Assembly (NCBI GenBank): GCA_048882485.1
Contig: JBHLRP010000014.1
Coordinates: 1-64,000, forward strand
DNA length: 64,000 nucleotides
Source: Candidatus Thorarchaeota archaeon
GTDB lineage: Archaea > Asgardarchaeota > Thorarchaeia > Thorarchaeales > Thorarchaeaceae
Direction: 5' to 3'
The translations under genes and the position numbers were made by a program. Positions 49,722 to 59,376 of the stretch are shown piece by piece. Every line of letters starts with the position of its first letter. Positions within the stretch are counted from its first letter, which is position 1. The notes beneath the pieces are model-generated. The model worked only from the letters and a program-made list of their open reading frames with translations, had not been told where the DNA came from and made no database searches.

Positions 49722-50084
49722 ATGAGGAAACGCGATGGAATGGTCATTGTTTGGCCAGCATACTTGGATTCCAACTTAAGTAGAGCACAAGGACGAAGGG
49801 TGCCAAAGAACCTTGGCGCACCTGAGCTCACAGTTGAAACCCTCCAAAAGGCTGCAGAATCTGCAGGCTTTGAGTATGAGTTGGAGCCAAACAAGCAATA
49901 TCCTCGCAATTGGAGTAGTGCGAGCGGTTATTTGGTCTTGGAGAATCCTGAAGGACACAAGAAGAAGCGGCTACTGCTAATGTTAGCCAAGGGTGTTAGA
50001 CGTATAGTTGCACAGCGTGAATCGTCCAAAAAAGAGGCGGAGCAGAAGAAGAGCAAGAAGAAGCGAAAGGGCAAGAAGCGATAG
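49722..50084 (+). CDS. srp19: Signal recognition particle protein SRP19
   Basis: VWPAYLDS..SRAQGRRVPK, YPR. Confidence 0.93.
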   Translation: MRKRDGMVIVWPAYLDSNLSRAQGRRVPKNLGAPELTVETLQKAAESAGFEYELEPNKQYPRNWSSASGYLVLENPEGHKKKRLLLMLAKGVRRIVAQRESSKKEAEQKKSKKKRKGKKR

Positions 50085-50111
50085 TTCTGATAAGGACTCG
50101 GGAGGGTTCTG

Positions 50112-50354
50112 ATGAAACGACTCGGAAAAGTGTTGCATGTTTCCAAACGGGGGTCTCTAATCCTCAAAACAGACAAGACTCCTGCTATGGGCGACAGGTC
50201 CGTCGTTGTGAATAAAAAAGCCGAGAAGATTGGAACCATCGTTGATGTGTTTGGACCTGTAAAAACACCATATGTGGCTGTTCGACCCTTGGACAAGAAG
50301 AGCGCAGAGAAGCTTGTAGGCCAGGTTTTATACCTCTATAAACGCTCAAAATAA
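50112..50354 (+). CDS. gar1: H/ACA RNP protein Gar1
   Basis: MKRLGKVLH, IGTIVDVFGPVKTPY. Confidence 0.92.
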   Translation: MKRLGKVLHVSKRGSLILKTDKTPAMGDRSVVVNKKAEKIGTIVDVFGPVKTPYVAVRPLDKKSAEKLVGQVLYLYKRSK

Positions 50355-50464
50355 TGTACACTTCTGTACATTAATTGTCATTAATGTGGAGCCTCTTCCG
50401 AAATTTAAATATCAATCCGTGTTGAATGTCGAGTGTTGCCATGTGTTAGCCAAAGGTCATCTCA

Positions 50465-50818
50465 ATGAACGATGATATGGACCCAATTCTGGACGCTCTA
50501 AGAGCCGTAGGGGAGAGGGGACTTCTCATCAATGAACTAGCGACTAGCCTTGGTGTAAAACCAATAAAATTGACCGATAAGATCGAGCAACTTGTGACAA
50601 AGGGGCTAATCAAAGTGCAGAAACTAGAACAAAAGGAAGAGAAGTATATGCTGAAAGCGGACTTCAGCGATGAGGCTGACCATGGTAGTCTGTCCGATAT
50701 GAACGGTTGTCCCTGTTTTCATTGTCTGAAGATTAGTAGATGTGGTGTCAGACAGCCTGACTCGCCTGTTAGCTGTAGGGAAATTGAAGAGTGGATGATC
50801 AGTACACAGGCGAATTAG
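50465..50818 (+). CDS. Rpc34-like/TFE-beta protein (wHTH plus Cys cluster)
   Basis: N-terminal wHTH and C-terminal CPCFHC-x4-C-x10-C with a downstream W. Lies near gar1 and trm1. Confidence 0.75.
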   Translation: MNDDMDPILDALRAVGERGLLINELATSLGVKPIKLTDKIEQLVTKGLIKVQKLEQKEEKYMLKADFSDEADHGSLSDMNGCPCFHCLKISRCGVRQPDSPVSCREIEEWMISTQAN

Positions 50819-51435
50819 TCCCTAGTTTCATCATCTGGCTGTCCTATTGGTCCTATCGCAACTAGATAGATCTCCGCACTGCTCTGGCGTGATGCTGCAG
50901 GTTTTACCAGTTTAACAGAACGGTATTTCTTCTTGGTTGCTTTAAGAAATTCTTGGAATCCACTGCCTTGGAAGACCTTTGTGAGTACTTTTCCCTTAGA
51001 ACCCAATAGCTTCAATCCTATGTCCAGAGTACCCTCAGCCAATGAGAGTTGTCTGAAGACGTCCAAGTCCCAGTTTCCAGAAACCTTCGGGGCACAGTCG
51101 GATATGACCAGATCAACAGTTCCACGGGTTGCAGCCTTGATCTGGTCCAATATCTTCGGTTCTAAGATATCCCCTTGAATGAAGGTGACTCCTTCAATTG
51201 GAGCCATTGGATTGAGGTCGACAGCCACAATTTCCAGACCACGGTCCATCTCTCGAAGTACTTGAGTCCATCCGCCCGGACTACTACAGAGTTCAACCAC
51301 AGTATCAACACCGTCAAGCAGCTTGTGCTTTTGTGCTATCTGTCTAAGCTTATACGCGCTTCTGGCCCTGTATCCGTGAGCCTTCGCAGACTTGTAATAG
51401 TGCTCCTTTGTCCGGGGTTTCTTTGGTCTAGGCAC
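50815..51435 (-). CDS. rlmE: 23S rRNA 2'-O-methyltransferase RlmE/FtsJ
   Basis: GYRARSAYKL, SPGGW, SDCAP, KVFQG, KPAASR..SAEIY. Confidence 0.93.
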   Translation of the reverse strand: MPRPKKPRTKEHYYKSAKAHGYRARSAYKLRQIAQKHKLLDGVDTVVELCSSPGGWTQVLREMDRGLEIVAVDLNPMAPIEGVTFIQGDILEPKILDQIKAATRGTVDLVISDCAPKVSGNWDLDVFRQLSLAEGTLDIGLKLLGSKGKVLTKVFQGSGFQEFLKATKKKYRSVKLVKPAASRQSSAEIYLVAIGPIGQPDDETRD

Positions 51436-51437
51436 GT

Positions 51438-52643
51438 TTACTTCCCTCCTGAAAGGGCGGCCACAATCTCAGTCACTTCTCTGATTGCAGCATTCGTTCG
51501 TATCGCCGTAGGTCTGAAATGAGTCCGCTCAGCAAGATTTCCTTTCTCTCTAAGTGCGGAGATGATCTCTGCGAGCTTCGGAGGTACGAGGTTATGTAGG
51601 TCACAGAGTGCGTGGATGTCAATAAACGGATGAGTATCCAACACACTCTCATCAATCATCATCCTTAGCATCTTTTTAACTCGTTTCTCAAACACATCCT
51701 CCATTCTTGGAACAATCCGTTCCGCAGCGGCCAGGATGTCTGCATCGTAGAGACTGCCTATCCAGAGCGGGCCAGCCGTGACAAGCTTCCCGGCACAATC
51801 ATCCTTCTGATGCTCGATTTTGCCGTATTCCTGTCTAGATCTCAAAGGAATGATTTCAGCATACATGCACTCCGGACAATACATGACTAATCCCATGTCA
51901 TCTACCTGGCGATTCGCTTCATCTCTGGCAGCTCTAATCTGGAGCCAGATTCTGATGTAATGATCGGTACTAAGAACCGCAAGTGGTGTGACCGAGTAAT
52001 CATTAGCTCCTGCGACGTTGAAAGAATGCCCAATCACAAGTCTCACAGCGAGCTCGTGTGAGAATGGAGTCCTAGTCGAGAGGCCACCATATTTCCTGAG
52101 AGCCACTCTAGGATAGACACCATAGAGTGATGCCATATCAGTAGCCGTGAGGGCAAGAAGCCCTCCTTTAGGGCTCATTGATTGAATTGCCGCATTCATG
52201 TATGGAGCAGGCGTTCCAAATGGATCGACATCCACATAGTCGAATCTCTTCTCTCTCGATTCAGTCAGTAGAAGGACCTTGGCATCTCCATGCTTTACCC
52301 TAGCCCTCTCGGAGAGTCCTAGAAGCTGTATGTTTCTCTTGATGGTATCAACGGCATTTGGATTTGCATCGAACATCAATGCATCAAATGACCCTTGGCA
52401 TTCTTTCAGATAGCGGAGCGTTCTGACACCGCATCCTGCAAGCGGCTCACACATCAGCTCTATTTGATTCTCATCTAGATACGCGGCGAGAAAGAGAACA
52501 GAGAAGTCACGATTGAGGCGCATGCGTGGATTCATGAAGACTGGCATGTCAGCAGTTGGTTGTTTCTTATTCTCACTATAATAGTCCACATCAGCGCTAA
52601 CGAAGGTGATTCTACCTTCTTTGTACTCCTTCTCTACTATCAT
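51438..52643 (-). CDS. trm1: tRNA (guanine-26) N2,N2-dimethyltransferase
   Basis: FMNPRM..NRD, DVDPFG, TATD, GPLW, RTHF. Confidence 0.93.
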   Translation of the reverse strand: MIVEKEYKEGRITFVSADVDYYSENKKQPTADMPVFMNPRMRLNRDFSVLFLAAYLDENQIELMCEPLAGCGVRTLRYLKECQGSFDALMFDANPNAVDTIKRNIQLLGLSERARVKHGDAKVLLLTESREKRFDYVDVDPFGTPAPYMNAAIQSMSPKGGLLALTATDMASLYGVYPRVALRKYGGLSTRTPFSHELAVRLVIGHSFNVAGANDYSVTPLAVLSTDHYIRIWLQIRAARDEANRQVDDMGLVMYCPECMYAEIIPLRSRQEYGKIEHQKDDCAGKLVTAGPLWIGSLYDADILAAAERIVPRMEDVFEKRVKKMLRMMIDESVLDTHPFIDIHALCDLHNLVPPKLAEIISALREKGNLAERTHFRPTAIRTNAAIREVTEIVAALSGGK

Positions 52644-52781
52644 GACCGCGAGGGAGTCGTTTGGTGTGCTTAAGAATGATGAGCATCATGCCAATGACCA
52701 ATTCGCAACCTCTAAGAGGGGGTCCTATTGCGGAAAAATAACTGGCAGCAAGGCTGGCTAGTAATTGTTATGGTGATTTCT

Positions 52782-53258
52782 TTGGCAACCAAGATTAAGA
52801 TTCAAACAAACAAGGGTGACATAGTCGCTGAGTTTTGGTCAGATGACGCCATCAATACTGTCAAGAACTTTGTCACCTTAGCTCAAAGTGGCTATTATGA
52901 CGGTCTCATGTTTCATCGCGTTGTGCCTGACTTTGTGATTCAGGGTGGTGACCCAACAGGAACTGGTTCAGGCGGTCCAGGGTATAGGATTCCCTGTGAA
53001 ACAACCGGGCATAGACAGAAACACAATGATGGGGCTTTTTCCATGGCTCATGCAGGACGTGACACAGGCGGGTCACAGTTCTTTATAGTCCTGAATGGCA
53101 ATAACTGCAAGCATCTCGATGGAAAGCACACGGTGTTTGGCCAGACAGTCGAAGGCTTTGATGTCGTCAAGCAGATACGGCAAGGTGACAAGATGCTGAA
53201 GGTTGAAGTCTTGGAGCTTGACCCAGCTATTGAGAACCACCAGCTTCGAAAACTCTAG
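52782..53258 (+). CDS. Cyclophilin-type peptidyl-prolyl isomerase
   Basis: FHRVVPDFVIQGGDP, SMAHAG, GSQFF, HLDGKHTVFG. Confidence 0.95.
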   Translation: MATKIKIQTNKGDIVAEFWSDDAINTVKNFVTLAQSGYYDGLMFHRVVPDFVIQGGDPTGTGSGGPGYRIPCETTGHRQKHNDGAFSMAHAGRDTGGSQFFIVLNGNNCKHLDGKHTVFGQTVEGFDVVKQIRQGDKMLKVEVLELDPAIENHQLRKL

Positions 53259-53335
53259 TCTTTGAATCTATTTGTACTGCGAATAGAGGAGAGTCTATAT
53301 ACAGGACATTTCACGAAAAACAAGGAGCATACAAA

Positions 53336-55510
53336 ATGTCGGCCCCACTTTTCTTAGGAACAAGTATTGCATCGGGTGTGCTATCAATACTTGTTGCCTT
53401 CTTCATCTACTATCAGGTCAAGAAGGAAGACCAAGGCAGCGAAAAAATGCGCGAGGTCAGTGCCTTAGTTGAAGAAGGCGCCTACTCTTTCATCAATGTC
53501 CAATACAGAATTCTCACGATATTCACCCTCATTCTTGCGATACTCATCGCAATTCTATTTCGAGACTTCGGCATACAAATTGCTATTTCCTACATTCTTG
53601 GCTCAGGAGCCAGCATGGCTGCAGGATATGTTGGAATAGTAGTTGCCACTAAGGCAAACCGTCGGACAGCTGCAGCCGCCGAGTCTGGAGGGCTTGGACC
53701 TGCCTTCAAAGTTGCATTCCGGGCTGGATCCGTAATGGGCCTGATGATTGCTGGAATAGCACTAGTTGGACTAGGAGCATTATACCTGCTCTGGAATACT
53801 GTTATTCCTGTGGAGGTCTTTGATGCACTTGGCTTAGAGCCCGCGGTTGGTCTCTGGGAGATTATAACAGGCTTCTCATTTGGAGCTAGCACAGTGGCTC
53901 TGTTCGCGAAAGCTGGTGGTGGCATATACACAAAAACAGCCGACTTATCAGCAGATCTTGTTGGCAAGATAGAACATCATATTCCTGAAGATGACCCAAG
54001 AAATCCTGCTGCTGTTGCTGACGCGGTTGGTGATAATGTTGGAGACGTAGCTGGGACTGGAGCAGATCTGTACGACAGCAATGTAGCTGCTATTCTAGCA
54101 GCCGCAATTCTTGGTGCTGGCATTGACTTGCATATGGATGGTGTCCAGTTATTTGGACTATTGCCCCTCATGATTGCTGCACTTGGGACTATCGCTTCAG
54201 TAATCGGCGTCTTCTTGGTCAGAGCGAAACCAGATCAAGATCCAGGGCCTGCATTAAACCGAGGGACCTATATCACGACGATTCTGTTTGCTATTTTTAC
54301 AGTGTCAATGGTACTGCTTCTACAGCTCGACCTTACAATCGCACTGGCAGCAATTGTCGGTCTTCTTGCCGGTGTATTCATCGGCTTTACAAGTGATGTG
54401 TTTACTAGCGACCGAGGGCTTGGTGGTTTCACCCCTGTACAGAAAATGGTCGAGTCCGCAGACAAGAGTTCTGCAAATCTGATTCTGTCAGGCTACGCAT
54501 ATGGGCTGCTGAGTGCAGTTCCATCTGTGGTTGGTATTGGCGCTGCCATGGTGGTTTCATTCCTGCTTGGATCGGGAGCGACAACCCTAGGTCCAGTGAT
54601 GTGGGAGAACGGAATATACTGCGTAGCGATTGCGGCGGTTGGCCTGTTGTCAACTAATGGAATGATTATGAGCTCGGATGCGTATGGACCCATCGTAGAT
54701 AATGCACGAGGTGTTATTGAACAAGCTCAGGCACCTGAGGAGGCGATTATTGTCTGTGACAAACTGGATGCCAGCGGCAACACCACCAAGGCAATCACAA
54801 AGGGGTTTGCCATTGGTGCGTCAGCTGTTTCAGTTCTTGCTCTTTTTGCAGCCTTCCTTGAGTCCACTGAAACACTCCGCATTCCTGGTGTAGCGGCATT
54901 GACCGATGTGAATCTTGCAGCGCCTGTGGTGTTAGCTGGCGCACTAATTGGTGCATTAGTTCCTGTTACTTTCTCAGCAATACTGATTCTTGGTGTGGAG
55001 CGGAACTCTGAGCGGATGATTACAGAGATACGCAGACAGTTTAGAGAGGACCCCGGCATCCTCGAGGGCACTTCCCAACCTGACTACGACGCATGCATCT
55101 CAATAGCAACCTCGGGTGCAATAAGAGAGCTAATGCCTGGTACACTGATTGCTATACTAGTCACCATAGCATCGGGTGTGTTTCTTGGACTAGAAGCACT
55201 TGCAGGCTATCTAGGCGGTGCTGTCATGTCTGGTCTGATAATGGCACTCCTGATGGACAATGCAGGAGGAGCCTGGGACAATACCAAGAAGATCATAGAG
55301 TCACCTGAGTACACAAAATACGAGAAGGGGACTGAAGACTGGCATCGAGTTCATGACACGAGTGTCACGGGCGATATGGTAGGCGACCCCTTCAAGGACA
55401 CAGCAGGACCATCCATCAATACATTACTAGTCGTGATCACACTGACAGCAACTCTATTCCTCCCGTTGATTGCAGCCGCAAACGCTTGGTTTGTGTTCAT
55501 ATTAGGATGA
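53336..55510 (+). CDS. hppA: Membrane H+-translocating pyrophosphatase (K+-independent signature)
   Basis: GGGIYTKTAD, EDDPRN, GDNVGD, GNTTKA, GDPFKD. Confidence 0.95.
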   Translation: MSAPLFLGTSIASGVLSILVAFFIYYQVKKEDQGSEKMREVSALVEEGAYSFINVQYRILTIFTLILAILIAILFRDFGIQIAISYILGSGASMAAGYVGIVVATKANRRTAAAAESGGLGPAFKVAFRAGSVMGLMIAGIALVGLGALYLLWNTVIPVEVFDALGLEPAVGLWEIITGFSFGASTVALFAKAGGGIYTKTADLSADLVGKIEHHIPEDDPRNPAAVADAVGDNVGDVAGTGADLYDSNVAAILAAAILGAGIDLHMDGVQLFGLLPLMIAALGTIASVIGVFLVRAKPDQDPGPALNRGTYITTILFAIFTVSMVLLLQLDLTIALAAIVGLLAGVFIGFTSDVFTSDRGLGGFTPVQKMVESADKSSANLILSGYAYGLLSAVPSVVGIGAAMVVSFLLGSGATTLGPVMWENGIYCVAIAAVGLLSTNGMIMSSDAYGPIVDNARGVIEQAQAPEEAIIVCDKLDASGNTTKAITKGFAIGASAVSVLALFAAFLESTETLRIPGVAALTDVNLAAPVVLAGALIGALVPVTFSAILILGVERNSERMITEIRRQFREDPGILEGTSQPDYDACISIATSGAIRELMPGTLIAILVTIASGVFLGLEALAGYLGGAVMSGLIMALLMDNAGGAWDNTKKIIESPEYTKYEKGTEDWHRVHDTSVTGDMVGDPFKDTAGPSINTLLVVITLTATLFLPLIAAANAWFVFILG

Positions 55511-55525
55511 GGTGAGTCTATCAAG

Positions 55526-56407
55526 TTGCGGTTTGGAGCCGTCGCAATCGAGTTCCTGCCAGCAGTACAGAAAATCATAGCAAACGGCGTTCCAGACTTC
55601 TTCCGCATTAATCTAGTAGACATTGTCAGGGAAGTCGTGGCGATAGAACACATCGAAGTAATCGAGTTCACAATTGAAATGGAGCACATGGTGCCCGGGT
55701 CTATCACACCTGAGATCATCTCTCGGCTTGCTGACCTGAAGGATGAGCTTGGAATATCGTATACAGTTCATCTGCCAATCTGGTCAATCGAGCTGGCTTC
55801 TTTCAATCCCTTCATCAGGTCGGGCGGCATTGAGAGCATCTGCAACTCAATCAAGATTTCAAGGCCACTGGAACCTGAGGCCTATGTCCTCCACACATCT
55901 GGCTCACTGGCCGCAGAATTTCTAAGGAACAACACTTCTGAACCCGTGAACCTTCTTGTTTCTGGATACATGACTGAGTTTTCGATGAAGAGTGTGGAGG
56001 AAATCATCAGCAAGACAGAGGTAGACCCACGAAAGCTGGCTATCGAGAATGTCGAGTTTCCATTCGAGTTCACTCGCGACATAGTGGACGAATACAACAC
56101 AGGAATCTGTTTTGACACTGGACATGCACTTACAAAACAGTCAGGGGATGAATCAGTCCTCGACTTCTATAAGCAGCATCGGGATAGAATAGTCGAAGTA
56201 CATCTCAATGATGGCATCGATACCAAAACTCCAGGGAAGTATGAAGATCATCTTGTTATTGGTAAAGGAGAACTACCTGCCAGGGACTTTCTCCTCGAGC
56301 TGAAGAAAGACGATTTCAAGGGGCCCTTCATATTCGAGTTGACCACTGAGGAGGTTGAAGAATCCCTAACTCATATCAAAGAAGTTGTCCCTGAAGTTCT
56401 TGGCTAA
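55526..56407 (+). CDS. TIM-barrel AP endonuclease 2/xylose isomerase-like protein (possibly CbiR-like)
   Basis: VHLP, VLH, IENV, DTGH, HLND, DH, FE metal ligands. Confidence 0.75.
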   Translation: MRFGAVAIEFLPAVQKIIANGVPDFFRINLVDIVREVVAIEHIEVIEFTIEMEHMVPGSITPEIISRLADLKDELGISYTVHLPIWSIELASFNPFIRSGGIESICNSIKISRPLEPEAYVLHTSGSLAAEFLRNNTSEPVNLLVSGYMTEFSMKSVEEIISKTEVDPRKLAIENVEFPFEFTRDIVDEYNTGICFDTGHALTKQSGDESVLDFYKQHRDRIVEVHLNDGIDTKTPGKYEDHLVIGKGELPARDFLLELKKDDFKGPFIFELTTEEVEESLTHIKEVVPEVLG

Positions 56408-56494
56408 TCAAAACTAATCCAGGTTTTTTCTGTTACTGTCGATGGTTCTCGGCCAATATGTTTTTATCCAGACCCATGTGCAGACTAAAGCGCG

Positions 56495-56603
56495 GGGCCC
56501 GTGGCATAGCCTGGTTATTGCGCCGCTCTGATAAGGCGGATGTCGGGTGTTCAAAAGCCACGGTACATTGCGACCGTGACTGAGTGTCACCCCGGGCCCA
56601 CCA
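56495..56603 (+). tRNA. tRNA-Ile(GAT) with a 31-nt non-canonical T-loop intron (56556-56586)
   Basis: Acceptor stem GGGCCCG/CGGGCCC, anticodon arm CCGCT-CTGATAA-GGCGG. Removing the intron restores GGGTG-TTCAAAT-CACCC. Confidence 0.9.
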
Positions 56604-56744
56604 TTGTTTCTTGCCATCTATTATCGCCGAATCCGAATAGGTCATCTGCCACCAAATAGACCTGCACCTGATAAGGCGCAATGATACAGCGCTGACAGAC
56701 AGTCTTTAATTGTGAATCAATTCCCTCAGCCTCGGTGTCATTCC

Positions 56745-57566
56745 TTGACAGAGGACAGCATTGACATTGCAAGGAGCATTGAAGAGATAGACGATCCAAT
56801 GGCACGTAAGAGGGTCAAGGAGCTAATCAAGGAGCCTCATGTCCTGGGAATCATGTTATGGGGGAGCCGAGCGACAGGCTTTGGCGAACCCAAGACAGAT
56901 TGGGACGCATTAGTCTATGTCACAGACGACTACTATAGCAGCTTAGAAGTGAAGGACACGATTTGGCTAGAATTTGACGAGTCCGTTGAGCCGAAGAGAT
57001 TGGTCATTGACTTCTCTCCAATCTCAGATGCATGGTTTGAACAGCAGCTTGAGTCTCCTCTAGATATCGACCATTCCCCCTATGCCGAGGGGGTTGTGAT
57101 CTATGATCCCTCAGGTAAGCTAGATGAATGGAGACAGAAGCTAGCTAGGTATCCTGAGGAGGAGCATGAAGAGCGCTTGAAGAACAAGTTCGCCCTGGCT
57201 GTGGGGTCTTACGGTGCTGGCCGAATCGACAACGACCGGGGGCTTACACATGACTCCAAGCTGAACCTGTATCGCTCAATTGTTGCTGCAGTCAATCTCT
57301 GGTTCACCATAAAGAAGTCGTGGACCCCTCCTTTGAAGTGGTGGACTCCACATGCAAAGCGACTTGGAATCACCGATGAGACCTACACGATATTCTGTGA
57401 TGCAATAGACAATCCATCCGTTGAAACTGTAGGTGCTGTCCTGAAGAATCTTAGAGAGATGATCCTTGCAGATGGCTATGAGTTCCCAAATGACTTTGTT
57501 ACTGCATTCCTAGAAATCATCCACGTGGATGGACGACCCGGACAGATTCGACATAGCTACATGTGA
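56745..57566 (+). CDS. Nucleotidyltransferase-domain protein
   Basis: WGSRATG...TDWD Pol-beta NTase motif plus a helical C-terminal domain. Confidence 0.8.
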   Translation: MTEDSIDIARSIEEIDDPMARKRVKELIKEPHVLGIMLWGSRATGFGEPKTDWDALVYVTDDYYSSLEVKDTIWLEFDESVEPKRLVIDFSPISDAWFEQQLESPLDIDHSPYAEGVVIYDPSGKLDEWRQKLARYPEEEHEERLKNKFALAVGSYGAGRIDNDRGLTHDSKLNLYRSIVAAVNLWFTIKKSWTPPLKWWTPHAKRLGITDETYTIFCDAIDNPSVETVGAVLKNLREMILADGYEFPNDFVTAFLEIIHVDGRPGQIRHSYM

Positions 57567-57569
57567 GTT

Positions 57570-58775
57570 TCAGTGCTGGACCGCTGTCTTACCCTCAAGA
57601 ATCACCAGCTCCACTGAATCAGGGTTCTGTAGACGTGCAATGTCCTTCAATGGGTCCAGTCCACTCTCCAACACAAGCAGATCTGCGGATTTGCCAACTT
57701 CAATGGTTCCAACATACTTGTCTATGCTAAGCGATTTAGCTGCATTCTTCGTTCCAGCTACAATCGCATCCATCTCGCGCATTCCACCAAGACGAACCAT
57801 GAGTTTCATTTCTTCCATCGATGATGGACCAAATGGAGTGTAAGGCATACCAGAGTCTGTCCCCAGGACAATCTCAAGTCCAGCATCTACTGAATTCCTG
57901 AACCCTTCCTCGATGAGTGGAAAGAGTTCCCTCTCCTTTCGAATCATGAATTCAGGAAGCTGCCCCTCATCATGATGCTGGAGGGATTCGTAGTAGGTTG
58001 CGAGCGTTGGCATGAACTGAGTACCGTGCTTCTTGGCTAGTTCAATAGTATTCTCAGTCATAGGATGTCCATGAACAATGACATCTACTCCAGCTAGTAT
58101 CGTGTTGACGCCGCCGGGCTCACCATATGCGTGAGCATGGGTTTTCTTGCCCAACTTGTGCGCCTCTTCTGTTGCAGCCTGCAATTCATCCTGATTGAAC
58201 TGTGTGGTAAAGCTGTCCTGTCCCTCTGCAGAGATTGCCCCTGTGGCTGCTAGTTTAATGAAATCAGCTCCACGACCAAGCTCTTCGCGTGTTGCTCTTC
58301 TCACATCGTCTGGACCGTTGGCCTCATTACTCCCGCCATAATCCCCTCTTCCTGCGGAAATTGTGATCATTCTCCCACAGACTAGTAATCGTGGTCCCTT
58401 CACATAGCCATTCTTTATCGCGTTCTTCACTGCAAACGGCACTTCGCTTCTTCCTGCAGCATCTCCAGCCGTTGTGACCCCAGCATTCAGCAATTGCTCC
58501 GTGAATTTGGCTCCTCGAATAGCTAAGAACTCATCAGAGTGTTTCTTGATCTCGGCGGGATCGGGATTGGCCCCATCATGGCACACATGAATGTGCGTAT
58601 CAATAATCCCCGGCATAATGACACGGTCTGAAAAGTCTAATACTTCAATTCCAGAACCTGCTACATCAGTACCAATCTTCGCGATCCTGTTTTCTTGAAT
58701 AAGGATGGACATATCTTTTGCCGCAGTCCCATCACCAACAATCACTGTTCCTGCTTTCAGGAGCCTCTCTTTCAT
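57570..58775 (-). CDS. Metal-dependent amidohydrolase
   Basis: PGIIDTHIH, AHA, HGH, GTDSG, GKSADL. Confidence 0.92.
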   Translation of the reverse strand: MKERLLKAGTVIVGDGTAAKDMSILIQENRIAKIGTDVAGSGIEVLDFSDRVIMPGIIDTHIHVCHDGANPDPAEIKKHSDEFLAIRGAKFTEQLLNAGVTTAGDAAGRSEVPFAVKNAIKNGYVKGPRLLVCGRMITISAGRGDYGGSNEANGPDDVRRATREELGRGADFIKLAATGAISAEGQDSFTTQFNQDELQAATEEAHKLGKKTHAHAYGEPGGVNTILAGVDVIVHGHPMTENTIELAKKHGTQFMPTLATYYESLQHHDEGQLPEFMIRKERELFPLIEEGFRNSVDAGLEIVLGTDSGMPYTPFGPSSMEEMKLMVRLGGMREMDAIVAGTKNAAKSLSIDKYVGTIEVGKSADLLVLESGLDPLKDIARLQNPDSVELVILEGKTAVQH

Positions 58776-58901
58776 TTATTCATCTCTCCACAATAATTCT
58801 CACAGTGAAAGGGTGTATTAGCACTTTCCGGCTCTGCCGAATTTCCTATTGCTAAAGACTCATGTGCTTCGCCGCGAAGCGGAATTAGTTGAGGCTGAAG
58901 A

Positions 58902-59372
58902 ATGTTGGAAAAAAACCAGGGTATTGATGCATTATCAAAGCGTCTTGAAACTGCTTTGGAGAAGAAAGCTGATGAACCCTTGGCAAACGGCACGCTTAAT
59001 GAGCTATCCGACAGCAGCTACATGGACGCCCTGAGAAGGCCTTCCACTGCAATCATTGAGTTCTATACCACTACCTGCCCCTATTGCAGGCAGCTTGCAC
59101 CAATCTTGAACGAGCTTGCCAGTGACTACAAGTCAAAGGTATACTTCGCCAAGATCAATGTCGACCAAGTCACAGAAGCAGCCGAGGCCTTTGATGTGGT
59201 TGGTGTGCCACTTGTGATAGCATTTAAGAAGGGTCAGCCTGTGGCAAGAATGGAGGGTCTTAGGGATAGAGGCGAATTAGACAGCTGGGTTGAAAGCATT
59301 CACAAGGGTTTCAGACCAATGAATCTTGAGTCTGGCCCTGTGACACGAATCACTCTTGCTGACCTCTCATGA
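58902..59372 (+). CDS. Thioredoxin-family protein
   Basis: FYTTTCPYC, KINVD, GVP. Confidence 0.88.
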   Translation: MLEKNQGIDALSKRLETALEKKADEPLANGTLNELSDSSYMDALRRPSTAIIEFYTTTCPYCRQLAPILNELASDYKSKVYFAKINVDQVTEAAEAFDVVGVPLVIAFKKGQPVARMEGLRDRGELDSWVESIHKGFRPMNLESGPVTRITLADLS

Positions 59373-59376
59373 GGCT

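Noticed and set aside
52675-52727. Box C motif ATGATGA between trm1 and the cyclophilin gene
   Set aside because: No CTGA box D at a suitable distance. More likely divergent promoter DNA.
56668-56678. CTGATAAGGCG repeat of the tRNA-Ile anticodon arm as an att scar
   Set aside because: Only 11 bp, with no cargo between the copies and no tRNA 3' half. Chance cannot be excluded.
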